DNA of 64,000 nt from an uncultured Acidimicrobiaceae bacterium (lineage in GTDB: Bacteria; Actinomycetota; Acidimicrobiia; Acidimicrobiales; RAAP-2), in the NCBI GenBank assembly GCA_963838835.1, contig CAWITA010000034.1, positions 3,980 to 67,979 on the forward strand. Reading direction: 5' to 3'. The translations under genes and the position numbers were made by a program. Under the pieces are notes generated by a model that worked only from the letters and a program-made list of their open reading frames with translations, made no database searches and was not told the origin of the DNA. Within the stretch, counting starts at the first letter, position 1. Each line of letters begins with the position of its first letter. This document shows, piece after piece, positions 39,997 through 48,839 of the stretch.

Positions 39997-41373
39997 GTGC
40001 GATTCTCTACATCTGAACTCGCCGTCCAGCTCGGTGGGGAGTTGGTCGGCCCCGACGTCTGCGTCGAGGGTGCGAGCATCGACACGAGGACCTTGGTGCC
40101 CGGACAGCTCTATGTGCCCATCGTGGCCGAGCGCGACGGGCACGAGTTCATTCCCGCCGCCATCGAGGCCGGCGCACCCGCCTATCTGTGCGGCCGGGAA
40201 CCACGCGGCGCAACGGCGATCATCGTCCCCGACACCGCCGCCGCATTGATGCGCCTGGGGCGGGTCGCACGCGATCGCGTCGATGGCGGCGTCGTCGGGA
40301 TCACCGGATCGGTGGGCAAGACGACCACGAAGGATCTCGTGCGCGGCTGCCTGGCGTCGTCCTTCCGGGTGTCGGCCAGCGAGCGCTCCTTCAACAACGA
40401 GCTGGGCCTGCCACTGACCCTCCTCAACGCACCCGACGATGCCCAGTGGGTCGTCGTCGAGATGGGTGCCCGTGGCACTGGGCACGTCAGCCGTTTGGCC
40501 GAGGTGGCGCGCCCGGTCGTCGGGATCGTGACCAGCGTCGCCATGGCCCACGTGGAGTACTTCGGCGACCTCGACGGGGTGGCGCGGGCGAAGGGCGAGC
40601 TGGTGACGGCGTTGCCCGCCTCGGGCGTCGCGGTCCTCAACTTCGACGATCCCCGTGTGGCCGCCATGGCCTCGCGCAGCCCGTGCCCGGTCGTGGGCTA
40701 CGCCGTGGACTCCGACGCCGAGGTGCGTGCCGACGCCGAGGTGCGTGCGAACGCGGAGGTGCGTGCCGAAGGGGTCTCGCTCGACGGCGAACTGCGACCG
40801 AGATTTTGGCTCACGACACCGTGGGGCAAGGGCGACGTCGAGCTCGCCCTGCGCGGAGTCCAGCAGGTCCCGAACGCGCTCGCAGCAGCGGCGGCGGCGC
40901 TGTGGTGTGGCGTCCCCTTCGACGGCGTCGTGTCAGCCCTCGCGTCCGTGATCGGGGCCCCGCTCCGCATGGAGGTGCATCACGTCCCGGGCGGCGGTCC
41001 CGTTCTCCTCGTGGACTGCTACAACGCCAACCCGGCGTCGACCGAGGCCGCGCTGCGCTCGCTGGCCGCGCTCGGCGCCGGAAGGAAGGTCGCGCTGCTG
41101 GGGCTCATGGCCGAGCTTGGCGGCGAGACCGAGGCAGAACACCGGTACATCGCGCGACTCGCCGAAGGGCTCGGGATCGAGGTCGTGGGCTACCAGACCG
41201 ACCTCTACGGCTCCGCCCAGGTGCTCGGGACCGATGACGCCGTGGCGTGCATGCAGACGGTCGGACCCGGGGGCGCACTCCTCGTGAAGGGCAGCCGGGT
41301 GGCGCGTCTCGAGGACGTGGCGCGCGCCTACGGCGCGGCGACCGGCGTTCAGTCGTTGGCTGCCGATGCGTAG
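39997..41373 (+). CDS. murF: UDP-N-acetylmuramoyl-tripeptide--D-alanyl-D-alanine ligase
   Basis: VRFSTSELAVQLGGELVG...IDTRTLVPGQLYVPI...GITGSVGKTTTKDL...SFNNELGLPLTLL...DCYNANPAS. GTG 39997 is preceded by GAGGG. It is divergent from ddl with a 33-bp spacer. Confidence 0.9.
   Translation: MRFSTSELAVQLGGELVGPDVCVEGASIDTRTLVPGQLYVPIVAERDGHEFIPAAIEAGAPAYLCGREPRGATAIIVPDTAAALMRLGRVARDRVDGGVVGITGSVGKTTTKDLVRGCLASSFRVSASERSFNNELGLPLTLLNAPDDAQWVVVEMGARGTGHVSRLAEVARPVVGIVTSVAMAHVEYFGDLDGVARAKGELVTALPASGVAVLNFDDPRVAAMASRSPCPVVGYAVDSDAEVRADAEVRANAEVRAEGVSLDGELRPRFWLTTPWGKGDVELALRGVQQVPNALAAAAAALWCGVPFDGVVSALASVIGAPLRMEVHHVPGGGPVLLVDCYNANPASTEAALRSLAALGAGRKVALLGLMAELGGETEAEHRYIARLAEGLGIEVVGYQTDLYGSAQVLGTDDAVACMQTVGPGGALLVKGSRVARLEDVARAYGAATGVQSLAADA
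40714..40767 (+). repeat. In-frame 18-bp tandem repeat x3 inside murF (DAEVRA DAEVRA NAEVRA)
   Basis: GACGCCGAGGTGCGTGCC / GACGCCGAGGTGCGTGCG / AACGCGGAGGTGCGTGCC, read directly. Confidence 0.9.
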
Positions 41374-43826
41374 CGCGGCCGCCGCGCATCGAGCTGTGGC
41401 TCCGTCACGCGGACGCGTCGGCTGAGCTCGCCGTAGAGCGACTCGGTCTGCGGCGAGGGCGAACTGCCGGGATCGAGGGCGTCGACCCTTCGCTGGCATT
41501 CGCGCCATTCGAAGCGGAGCCGGTCCGTGTCGCCCTCGGCCGCCGCCACCTGCATGGCGGCCCGGGAGAGGGTCTCGCTGTAGGGCTCCACCAGGCGCGC
41601 CCGTTCCAGGCCCCAGCGCGCCAGATCGAAGTGACCGGTCGCGGACGCCAGCGCGGCGAGAGTGCAGGCGGCGTCGACGAGCCGGGCGGCGATGTGACCG
41701 AGGTGCCCTTCGGTTTCCCACCACGCGTACCCGGACAGTGCGTTGGCCAGCGGCTCGCCCTCGACCAGGTCGAGCGCGGCGCGCAGGTACGCGATGGCCA
41801 GATCACCTTCACCCTGTGCCTTGCCCTCGGCGGCCAGGGCGATCGCTCGGCGCACGTCGACCGTCACCAAGGGCGAGACCTGGTACAGGCCGTTGCGTGT
41901 GCCCGCGGGAAAGAGGAGCTCGCCGTGCCCGTCGACGCCCATCGCGCGCCGGGCTGCGTACGCCGTGTTGAACAGCGTCTTGGACGCGGCGTCGGTGTCG
42001 GTCGACCCGAGCACGCGCGTGCGCAGCCGGTCGCTCGTAATGACGTCGGGGTGGTGCAGGGCCAGGTAGGCAACCAGTTCGACCGCCCGGCGGGTCCGAT
42101 TCGGGGGCAACGCCGCATTGAGCCCATCCAACCGCGGCGTCATGGTGAGGAGCCGCACCTCCACAGGGCCCGGCGCGAGGGCCGCGGGAGACACAGCGGA
42201 GGGGCGCTGAGTTGCGCTCGGCGGCACGGCGGCTGCGCCCACGAGTTGCGGGGCGGGCGCAGGGGGAGACGTCAGCAGTTCCTCGATCTGCCGAGACGTC
42301 TCGGCCGACTGGAGATGGGGACGCACGACGCGGCCCATCGGGTGCAAGGTGGCGCCGTGACGGTCAACCAGGATCGTCAGGTCGCTGGCGGCGACCGCAG
42401 TCGCGGTGACGACGGCAGCGCGCCGTGCTGCCGTCGGTGGCAGCGACGCCGGGTCCCCGAAGAAGAGAAGGTGGCGAGCGACCGAAGGATCCGCCGCCAC
42501 GTCGGACAGGAGCTGTGGGTCGTCCGGTTCTTCGGTCACCAGAACGGTGTCGGCCCACGCCCACGCGCCCAGCGCTGCCCGCGCCGCCCGCCACAACGAC
42601 GCGGCCGACTCACCGAGGAGCGGCAGCACGTCGCCCGGACCGAGCGGGACCAGCCAGGTGCCCGCCCCGTCGTCCCCGACGGGGAGGACGACGGGGCAGT
42701 AGGGCGAGAAGGGCTCCTGGCCGTCGAGCGTGGCGTGATCCACGTGCCAGGCCGCGCCCTCACTCACCGGGACGAACCCCTCGGGCGCATCCCGGTGCAG
42801 TGGCCGAGTGAGCCAGAACGAGACGCCCGAGGAGGACACGCAGATGGCGCGGATCGAGGGGCCGGCACGGCCCTGCAGCGAGCGAGCCAACAGGCAGTTG
42901 GCGGCTTCGAACGACGCCAAAGCCGGGACGCCTTCGAAGCGGTGCAGGAGGGTCGCCGTATCCACGACTGCCTCGGACAACGGACCCCTGACGTCCAGGT
43001 CTCCGGTGAACTGGCTGCCCCGCCGGTGCCTCCTGGCACGCCGGGCGAGCGCCGCACACGCGAGCGAGCCCATGCCGAGGGCGACGAGTTCGGGCAGGTG
43101 GCTCGTCAGAGCCGGGGTCGGACCGACCGGCGGGCGTCCGGGCGGCTCGCGGGCCTGCCGCGCGTCCGCGGGGAGGAGCAGGGACCAGCCCGCCTCGATG
43201 TGATCGGGATCGACGAGCCGCGAGCCCCCGGGCATGTCCCGGCCCAGGTTGAGTGCCGCGAGCGCCGTCCACTCCGCCCCGTCGGCCAGACGATCGTCCG
43301 CGATGCTCCAGAGCGTGTCCCCGGGCTGGACGGCATGGGTCGCCGCCGCGGACGGCAGTCGAAGCCTGGCCGGCACCGTGCCGACGTGCCGCGCGACGGC
43401 CCCTGACATGACGACGCCTGACCCCGCGCCCGCCGGGGGCGCACTGGCGCCCGCACCCGACGAGAGCGCGAGGGGTGCGCCCATGCTGCTCAGCGCAAGC
43501 ACCCCGAGGGCAATCCGTGCCGCCACCCGGTCCACCACAGAGGTGCCGCCCAGCGCCGTGATCTCGCCCCGCTTGACGTGAGCCACCACGGCGCGTACCA
43601 GCTGGGCACAGCACGCGGCCCAGGCCAACCAGGCGGCGAGCGCCAGGACGCAGAGTACGTCGCGCGGCGCGGGCCGCCATGCGTGCCCGAGCCCGCCCGC
43701 CAGAGGGTTGCCGACGGCGACGACGAGCACGGCCGGGACGGCGGTGAAGGCCAGAAGGGCGGCGACGGCGGCGCCGACAACGTCGAGGATCGCGTGCAGA
43801 CTCCTGCGTCCGCCGCTCCTATCCAC
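41349..43826 (-). CDS. Membrane-anchored LysM domain + BTAD (SARP-type transcriptional activator domain) protein, 825 aa
   Basis: Three N-terminal hydrophobic segments. LysM-like HAVQPGDTLWSIADDRLADGAEWTALAALN. The C-terminus carries a winged-helix/BTAD-like region (RRAVELVAYLALHHPDVITSDRL...YLRAALDLVEGEPLA...LRFEWRECQRRV). GTG 43826 overlaps the upstream stop by 8 nt. Confidence 0.7.
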   Translation of the reverse strand: MDRSGGRRSLHAILDVVGAAVAALLAFTAVPAVLVVAVGNPLAGGLGHAWRPAPRDVLCVLALAAWLAWAACCAQLVRAVVAHVKRGEITALGGTSVVDRVAARIALGVLALSSMGAPLALSSGAGASAPPAGAGSGVVMSGAVARHVGTVPARLRLPSAAATHAVQPGDTLWSIADDRLADGAEWTALAALNLGRDMPGGSRLVDPDHIEAGWSLLLPADARQAREPPGRPPVGPTPALTSHLPELVALGMGSLACAALARRARRHRRGSQFTGDLDVRGPLSEAVVDTATLLHRFEGVPALASFEAANCLLARSLQGRAGPSIRAICVSSSGVSFWLTRPLHRDAPEGFVPVSEGAAWHVDHATLDGQEPFSPYCPVVLPVGDDGAGTWLVPLGPGDVLPLLGESAASLWRAARAALGAWAWADTVLVTEEPDDPQLLSDVAADPSVARHLLFFGDPASLPPTAARRAAVVTATAVAASDLTILVDRHGATLHPMGRVVRPHLQSAETSRQIEELLTSPPAPAPQLVGAAAVPPSATQRPSAVSPAALAPGPVEVRLLTMTPRLDGLNAALPPNRTRRAVELVAYLALHHPDVITSDRLRTRVLGSTDTDAASKTLFNTAYAARRAMGVDGHGELLFPAGTRNGLYQVSPLVTVDVRRAIALAAEGKAQGEGDLAIAYLRAALDLVEGEPLANALSGYAWWETEGHLGHIAARLVDAACTLAALASATGHFDLARWGLERARLVEPYSETLSRAAMQVAAAEGDTDRLRFEWRECQRRVDALDPGSSPSPQTESLYGELSRRVRVTEPQLDARRPRYASAAND

Positions 43827-44571
43827 CGGCAGGTCCGATCGTGATCGTATATGTCAGCGACGCGGATTCCGACGACGGCTCGTTCACCGTCGCCCGGCAA
43901 CTTCCCTCCGCGCCGGGGAGGGTGGCCGCCATGGCGGACGTCCCGCCGACGCTCTGACTCCCACTGGGGCAACTGACCTCCATGGTCAGATACGTCGTGC
44001 CCGACCACAGCACGGAGATCTCCATCGTTCCGGTGCCGGTGAACCCGAAGGAATTGGAGGTCTGCAGCGGCGGGTCGAGATAGCCCTGCGTCTGCGTCCT
44101 TTCCGCCGGTACCGACGCGCTGGCGCTCGTCGTGGTCGTCGTCGGCACCGTGGTCGTGGTGACGACGGGAGTCGTGGCAGGCGCGGTCGCTGTGGCGCTC
44201 AGCGTGCGCGTCGAGAGCAAGGAGGCGCCGGAGACGGCCCCGGCCGGGGTGCCTGTGGAGGGTGTGGTCGTCGTGGTCGTCGTGGGCGTCGTGGTCGTCG
44301 TGGTCGTCGGCACGGTCGTCCTCGGGGGCTCGCCCGCGTCAGCGGCACCGGCCGGTCGTCCGGAGTGACTGGTCGGTGCACTGGCCAGCGCCCGACCATG
44401 TCGGTTCGCCCGCGGGGGGCCGCCGGCGGTCGCGACGAGGAGTGCCATGAGAGCCAGCGAGACCGCCAGGATCACCCACCAGTTAGGGCGGCCCCGAGTC
44501 ACCGGCGAGCGCGTACCCTTGGTGGCGTCGGTCCCTGCACCAACCACCGGCACACCATACGCAGGCCCCAC
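43819..44571 (-). CDS. Single-pass membrane protein with Thr/Pro-rich linker and C-terminal beta-rich domain (anti-sigma-like position)
   Basis: TM segment WWVILAVSLALMALLVATAG, then TTVPTTTTTTTPTTTTTTTPST and TTPVVTTTTVPTTTTTS tracts. It lies 18 nt downstream of the sigma-like gene and overlaps the LysM-BTAD gene. Confidence 0.6.
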   Translation of the reverse strand: MGPAYGVPVVGAGTDATKGTRSPVTRGRPNWWVILAVSLALMALLVATAGGPPRANRHGRALASAPTSHSGRPAGAADAGEPPRTTVPTTTTTTTPTTTTTTTPSTGTPAGAVSGASLLSTRTLSATATAPATTPVVTTTTVPTTTTTSASASVPAERTQTQGYLDPPLQTSNSFGFTGTGTMEISVLWSGTTYLTMEVSCPSGSQSVGGTSAMAATLPGAEGSCRATVNEPSSESASLTYTITIGPAGG

Positions 44572-44589
44572 TCCCGCCGCGCTCGGTGC

Positions 44590-45363
44590 TCAGGCGCACA
44601 GACGCCGCTGGCCCCGGTCCCGGCGGGCGTAGAGGGCACGGCGATCTCGGCCGGTCAGGGTGGCCAGCTCGGCCATGGAGTAGCCCAGGACGTGGTGCGC
44701 GTAGAGGACCTGGACCTCCTCTCGACGCATGCCTTCGCGGTGCAGCTCGATGAGCAGGCGAGCCAGTTCCTCGAGGTCCGTCCCGGTGCGGGCGGGTCCC
44801 TCGTCGGCCTCTTCGGGGCCGAACGGCGCGGACCTCTCGCCAAGCTCCTTCGAGCGGAAGAGCTGGCGTCGCAGGCGGCAGCGGATGGCGGAGAGCAGAT
44901 CGAGCGCGGCGTAGGGGCGGTCCTGCCCCGACCATTCCCGCAGCACCAGCCACGTCGTGGACAAGAGCTCGGCAAAGAACTCCTCGCCGTCCCGCCACTC
45001 GCCGCCGCGTCCCCACTGCAGCTTCCCGGCGACCACGACGAGCCCCGGGAGCAGCACCTGCACGAGCATCCGGCAGATGAAGGGGTCGGCGTCCGCCTCC
45101 CGAAGCAGGATCCTGACCCAGCGGGCCGCCTCCTCCCGCTGGACCCGGCCCGAGGCGCGCCGCATGCGCTCGAGGAGGTCGCAGGGGGTGGGGCAGGACG
45201 GCGGGTCGGCGCCGGTCCCCAGCACCAGGAGCGACAGGCCCGGGTCGCGGCGGGCGGCTTCCCGCAAGGCCAGAACAGCGACACGGGACCGGCCGATCGA
45301 CAGCCACTCGGCGGTCATCTGGTCGATGAGAGCGACACGTTGTTCCGACGCGGTGGAGCGCAT
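44590..45363 (-). CDS. Putative sigma-70/ECF-like or HTH regulator (about 257 aa)
   Basis: The C-terminal region-4-like HTH is EEVQVLYAHHVLGYSMAELATLTGRDRRALYARRDRGQRRL. The region 2 match is weak. The ATG at 45363 (MRSTASEQ) was chosen; the track ORF extends to 45480. Confidence 0.45.
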   Translation of the reverse strand: MRSTASEQRVALIDQMTAEWLSIGRSRVAVLALREAARRDPGLSLLVLGTGADPPSCPTPCDLLERMRRASGRVQREEAARWVRILLREADADPFICRMLVQVLLPGLVVVAGKLQWGRGGEWRDGEEFFAELLSTTWLVLREWSGQDRPYAALDLLSAIRCRLRRQLFRSKELGERSAPFGPEEADEGPARTGTDLEELARLLIELHREGMRREEVQVLYAHHVLGYSMAELATLTGRDRRALYARRDRGQRRLCA

Positions 45364-45442
45364 GGCGTCACGGTGACGAACGTCGCTCCCCCGACCGCTC
45401 CCACCGCACCGGAAGGGGTCGGCGCACCCACCGGAAGGGGCG

Positions 45443-45859
45443 ATGGCCCAGGTGGGCGGTAGTGTGCCGCCGATGGACATCGACGAGTTCTACGAAGCCG
45501 ACCCCCGCCGGCGCGCCTCCGCCGAGCTCGAGCTGGGCACCGAGTGGCTGGACAGGGACGGGGTGCGGCACGAGCTGAACTACGTCGAGGACACCGGCGA
45601 GCTCTACGTGCTGCGGGAACCCGTGGCGCACGTCACCGAGGACCCTTTCGGCGGCATGCACGTCTCGGCGCCCCCGGGGTACGAGGACAGGATGACGGTG
45701 CACGTGATCGCCAAGGTCGGCTCGGTGGGCGACCTGCACCGCATCCTCGACGGCTGGCAGGAGGCCATGCAGGGCAAGAACGGCGCCGACTGGCTGGGCC
45801 AGCGGCTCCGGGAGTCCGGCGTCGCGGTTGGGCCGTCCGGGGACCCGATCGCCGATTAG
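45443..45859 (+). CDS. Conserved hypothetical protein (128-138 aa)
   Basis: Clean, non-biased composition: MDIDEFYEADPRRRASAELELGTEWLDRDGVRHELNYVEDTGELYVLREP.... The real start may be ATG 45473. No family named with confidence. Confidence 0.6.
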   Translation: MAQVGGSVPPMDIDEFYEADPRRRASAELELGTEWLDRDGVRHELNYVEDTGELYVLREPVAHVTEDPFGGMHVSAPPGYEDRMTVHVIAKVGSVGDLHRILDGWQEAMQGKNGADWLGQRLRESGVAVGPSGDPIAD

Positions 45860-45875
45860 CCGATCGAGCAGAGGC

Positions 45876-45896
45876 CGATCGCCGATGAGGCGATCG
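45876..45896. terminator. Stem-loop between convergent genes (CGATCGCC-GATGA-GGCGATCG) within a cluster of GATCGCCGA-like motifs
   Basis: An 8-bp perfect stem read from the sequence, 17 nt after the + strand stop and 35 nt after the - strand stop. No U-tract. Confidence 0.4.
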
Positions 45897-45930
45897 CGTG
45901 CTCGCCCATCGCCGACCTGCCGGTCGCCGA

Positions 45931-47007
45931 TCAGACCGGTGGGTCGAGCTCGAGTAACTTCGCCAGCAACTGGGTCGCGATGTTGTCGGTCGCCATGCCG
46001 CTCTCCTCGTCCATCATGTTGCCGGGGAAGGCGAGCTTCGAGAGCCGGTACATGACGACGGCGAAGCGGAAGCCGGAGAACACCTCATAGAAGAAGATGT
46101 CCTTCATCGGCCTTCCCATCAGCTCGGAGTAGCGCTCGACCGTCTCCTCGTGCGACCCGAATCCCGCTGGTCGGTCGACGCCCAGGCCCTCGGCGAACTG
46201 GCGGTCGAAGTAGAGCCACCAGCCCAGGTCGAGCTCGGGCTGGGCCAGTGAGGCCATCTCCCAGTCGATGACTGCCGCCGCACGGAAGTCGTCCCAGATG
46301 ATGTTGCCGATGCGGCTGTCACCCCAACTGATGACTACGTCGCCCACCTCGGGCGGCCGGTGCTCGACCAGCCAGCGCCAGGTCGACTCGATCACGGGCA
46401 CCTGCTCCCCTTCGGTGGCCCAGTCGAGGAAGTCTCGGTAGTACGAGAGCTGCTGCTCGAGCCCGGGCTTGCCCCGGGCGGGGTTCCCGAGCCAGTCCAG
46501 GCCGAGGGCGCGCCAGTCGGTCCGGTGCACCGCCGCCAGCGCGTCGATCCCGCTCCACCACATGCGCTCCTGCTCCTCGGGTGTCGCTTCCATCACCCAG
46601 CCCCCGAGGGTGTAGGGGATGTTGTCCGAGGGGACCAGCCCCTCGACGTGGTCCATGGTGAAGAAGGGGACGCCGAGGTACTGCGGGTCTTCCTCGTAGG
46701 GGCCGAGTTTCGGCAGCGGGACCGCCGAGCCGCCGTCGGCGAGGGCCCGCATCGCCCGGTACTGGGTCGAGAACTCGGCGTCCAAGAAGAGAAGGTGTTT
46801 GGTCGGGGCCACCCGGACCACGAGGCGCCGCTCGACCCCGGCGGCCGAACGGGTCCGGCACAGGATCGTCTCGTTGGAGAACCCGTTGGCGGCGGGGGCC
46901 TGGACGTCGAAGACCTCGGGGGCGGACCCGTCGTCGGACTTGGTGGCCAGCCAGCGCGAGAGGGCGGCGGCCACCTCGAGAGGGTCACGCTGGCTGAGGT
47001 CGGGCAC
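45931..47007 (-). CDS. Aminoglycoside-phosphotransferase-fold (APH/ChoK family) kinase
   Basis: ...NGFSNETILC...RLVVRVAP...VISWGDSRIGNIIWDDFRAAAVIDWEMASL, the catalytic loop plus DxD-type motif of the APH fold. GTG 47007 was chosen; the upstream 105 aa of the track ORF is Pro/Arg-rich read-through. Confidence 0.8.
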   Translation of the reverse strand: MPDLSQRDPLEVAAALSRWLATKSDDGSAPEVFDVQAPAANGFSNETILCRTRSAAGVERRLVVRVAPTKHLLFLDAEFSTQYRAMRALADGGSAVPLPKLGPYEEDPQYLGVPFFTMDHVEGLVPSDNIPYTLGGWVMEATPEEQERMWWSGIDALAAVHRTDWRALGLDWLGNPARGKPGLEQQLSYYRDFLDWATEGEQVPVIESTWRWLVEHRPPEVGDVVISWGDSRIGNIIWDDFRAAAVIDWEMASLAQPELDLGWWLYFDRQFAEGLGVDRPAGFGSHEETVERYSELMGRPMKDIFFYEVFSGFRFAVVMYRLSKLAFPGNMMDEESGMATDNIATQLLAKLLELDPPV

Positions 47008-47320
47008 AGGGCCGAACTCTAGTGACGGCGCCCGAGCGGTTGGGCGAGAGCGGCACAGATTGGCTCGGGGCCGCGCGCTGGCGGGGCCCGCCGCGACCCC
47101 GGAGTGGGACGAGGGCTTCTCCGGCACGGGCGCGTACGCCGCCGGAAAGGGCTGGGTGGAGGCTGACGGCGGCGTCGTGGCCCATGTCGAGCGACGCGAC
47201 GAGACGGGCTGAGGCCCGGTACGACGTGTCCCGGACGGGTGGGCCGCAGCTAGCCTTGGAGCGCCGCCCGGCGCGTCCGGCGGCGGGGGCACCAGCCCTC
47301 TGAGCCTTCGGGAGGGACGC

Positions 47321-48794
47321 ATGGCGATTCGGGACTACGACCGCTTGTTCATCGGCGGCGACTGGGTGGCCCCGGAGGGCACCGACACCATCGGCGTGGT
47401 CTCGCCGGTGACCGAGGAGGTCATCGCCCGGGTGCCCGACGGCACCGAGGCCGACATCGACAAGGCCGTGGCGGCGGCGCGTACCGGCGTTCGACCACGG
47501 GCCCTGGCCGCGCCTGGCGCCGGCCGAGAGGGCCGAGATCCTCCGCGCGGTGGCGGCGCAGGTCACGGCGGAGATGGGCGACATGGCCGAGATCATCACG
47601 CGGGAGATGGGCTCGCCCATCACCTTCTCGGGCATGGGCCAGGTGCTGGCGCCCACGATGATCTTCAATTACTACGCCGACCTTGCGGCGACCTACGCCT
47701 TCGACGAGGTGCGCGCCGGGCTGTTGAACCCGCAGGTGCTCGTCGCCAAGGAGCCCGTGGGCGTGGTGGGCGCCATCGCCCCGTGGAACGTGCCGCTCTT
47801 CATCGCCGCCGCCAAGCTGGCGCCGTCGCTGATTGCCGGGTGCACCGTCGTGTACAAGCCGGCGCCCGAGACACCCCTCGACGCGTTCCGGCTGGCCGAG
47901 ATCTTCACCGAGGCGGGACTGCCCAAGGGCGTGCTGTCCGTGGTGCCGGCCGGTCGCGCCGTCTCCGAGCACCTGGTGACCCATCCGGGCGTGGACAAGA
48001 TCTCGTTCACCGGCTCGGGGGTCGGCGGCAAGCGCATCGGCGGGCTGTGCGGCGAGCGGCTCAAGCGTTGCACGCTCGAGCTGGGCGGCAAGTCGGCCGC
48101 CATCATCTTGGACGACGCCGACCTGGCGACGACGATCCCGACGCTGCTGCCCAACTCGATCATGAACAACGGGCAGGCCTGCATCGCGCAGACGCGTATC
48201 CTCGCGCCGCGGGCCCGCTACGCCGAGGTCGTCGACGCCGTCGTCTCCGGGGTCGCCGCCATGCACGTGGGCGACCCCATGGACCCGGCCACCGAGGTTG
48301 GCCCGGTGGTGGCCGAGCGGCAGCGCAGCCGGATCGAGGGGTATCTCGACAGCGGGCGCGAAGAGGGAGCGACCGTCGCGCTGGGCGGTGGCCGGCCCTC
48401 AGGGTCGGACTTCGCCAAGGGTTGGTACGTCGAGCCGACCGTGTTCTCCGACGTCGACAACAAGATGAGGATCGCCCAAGAGGAGATCTTCGGCCCGGTC
48501 CTGGTGGTGATCCCCTACGACGGCGACGACAACGCGGTCGAAATCGCCAACGACTCGAGCTACGGGCTCTGCGGCTCCGTCTGGACGGCGGACAACGACC
48601 GCGGGCTCGGCGTGGCCCGGCGGGTGCGCACCGGCACCTACATGCTCAACTCGTTCTCGCCCATCGACTTCTCCACGCCCTTCGGCGGTTACAAGGAGTC
48701 GGGCGTCGGGCGTGAGTTCGGTCCGGAGGGCCTGGAGAGCTTCTTGGAGATGAAGTCGATCGGGCTCCCGGCCGGGTACACGCCGGGAGGCTGA
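47321..48794 (+). CDS. NAD(P)-dependent aldehyde dehydrogenase, frame broken by one extra G at 47486
   Basis: MAIRDYDRLFIGGDWVAP...DKAVAAART[A]FDHGPWPRLAPAERAEILRAVA...ELGGKSAAIILDDAD...EEIFGPVLVVIPY, including the catalytic Cys region NNGQACIAQTR. CGT ACC [G] GCG TTC GAC joins tracks 47321 and 47550. Confidence 0.9.
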
Positions 48795-48839
48795 GGTCCA
48801 GACGGGGGGCTCCGGCGGGCGGCGGGCGAGGAGCCGGTC

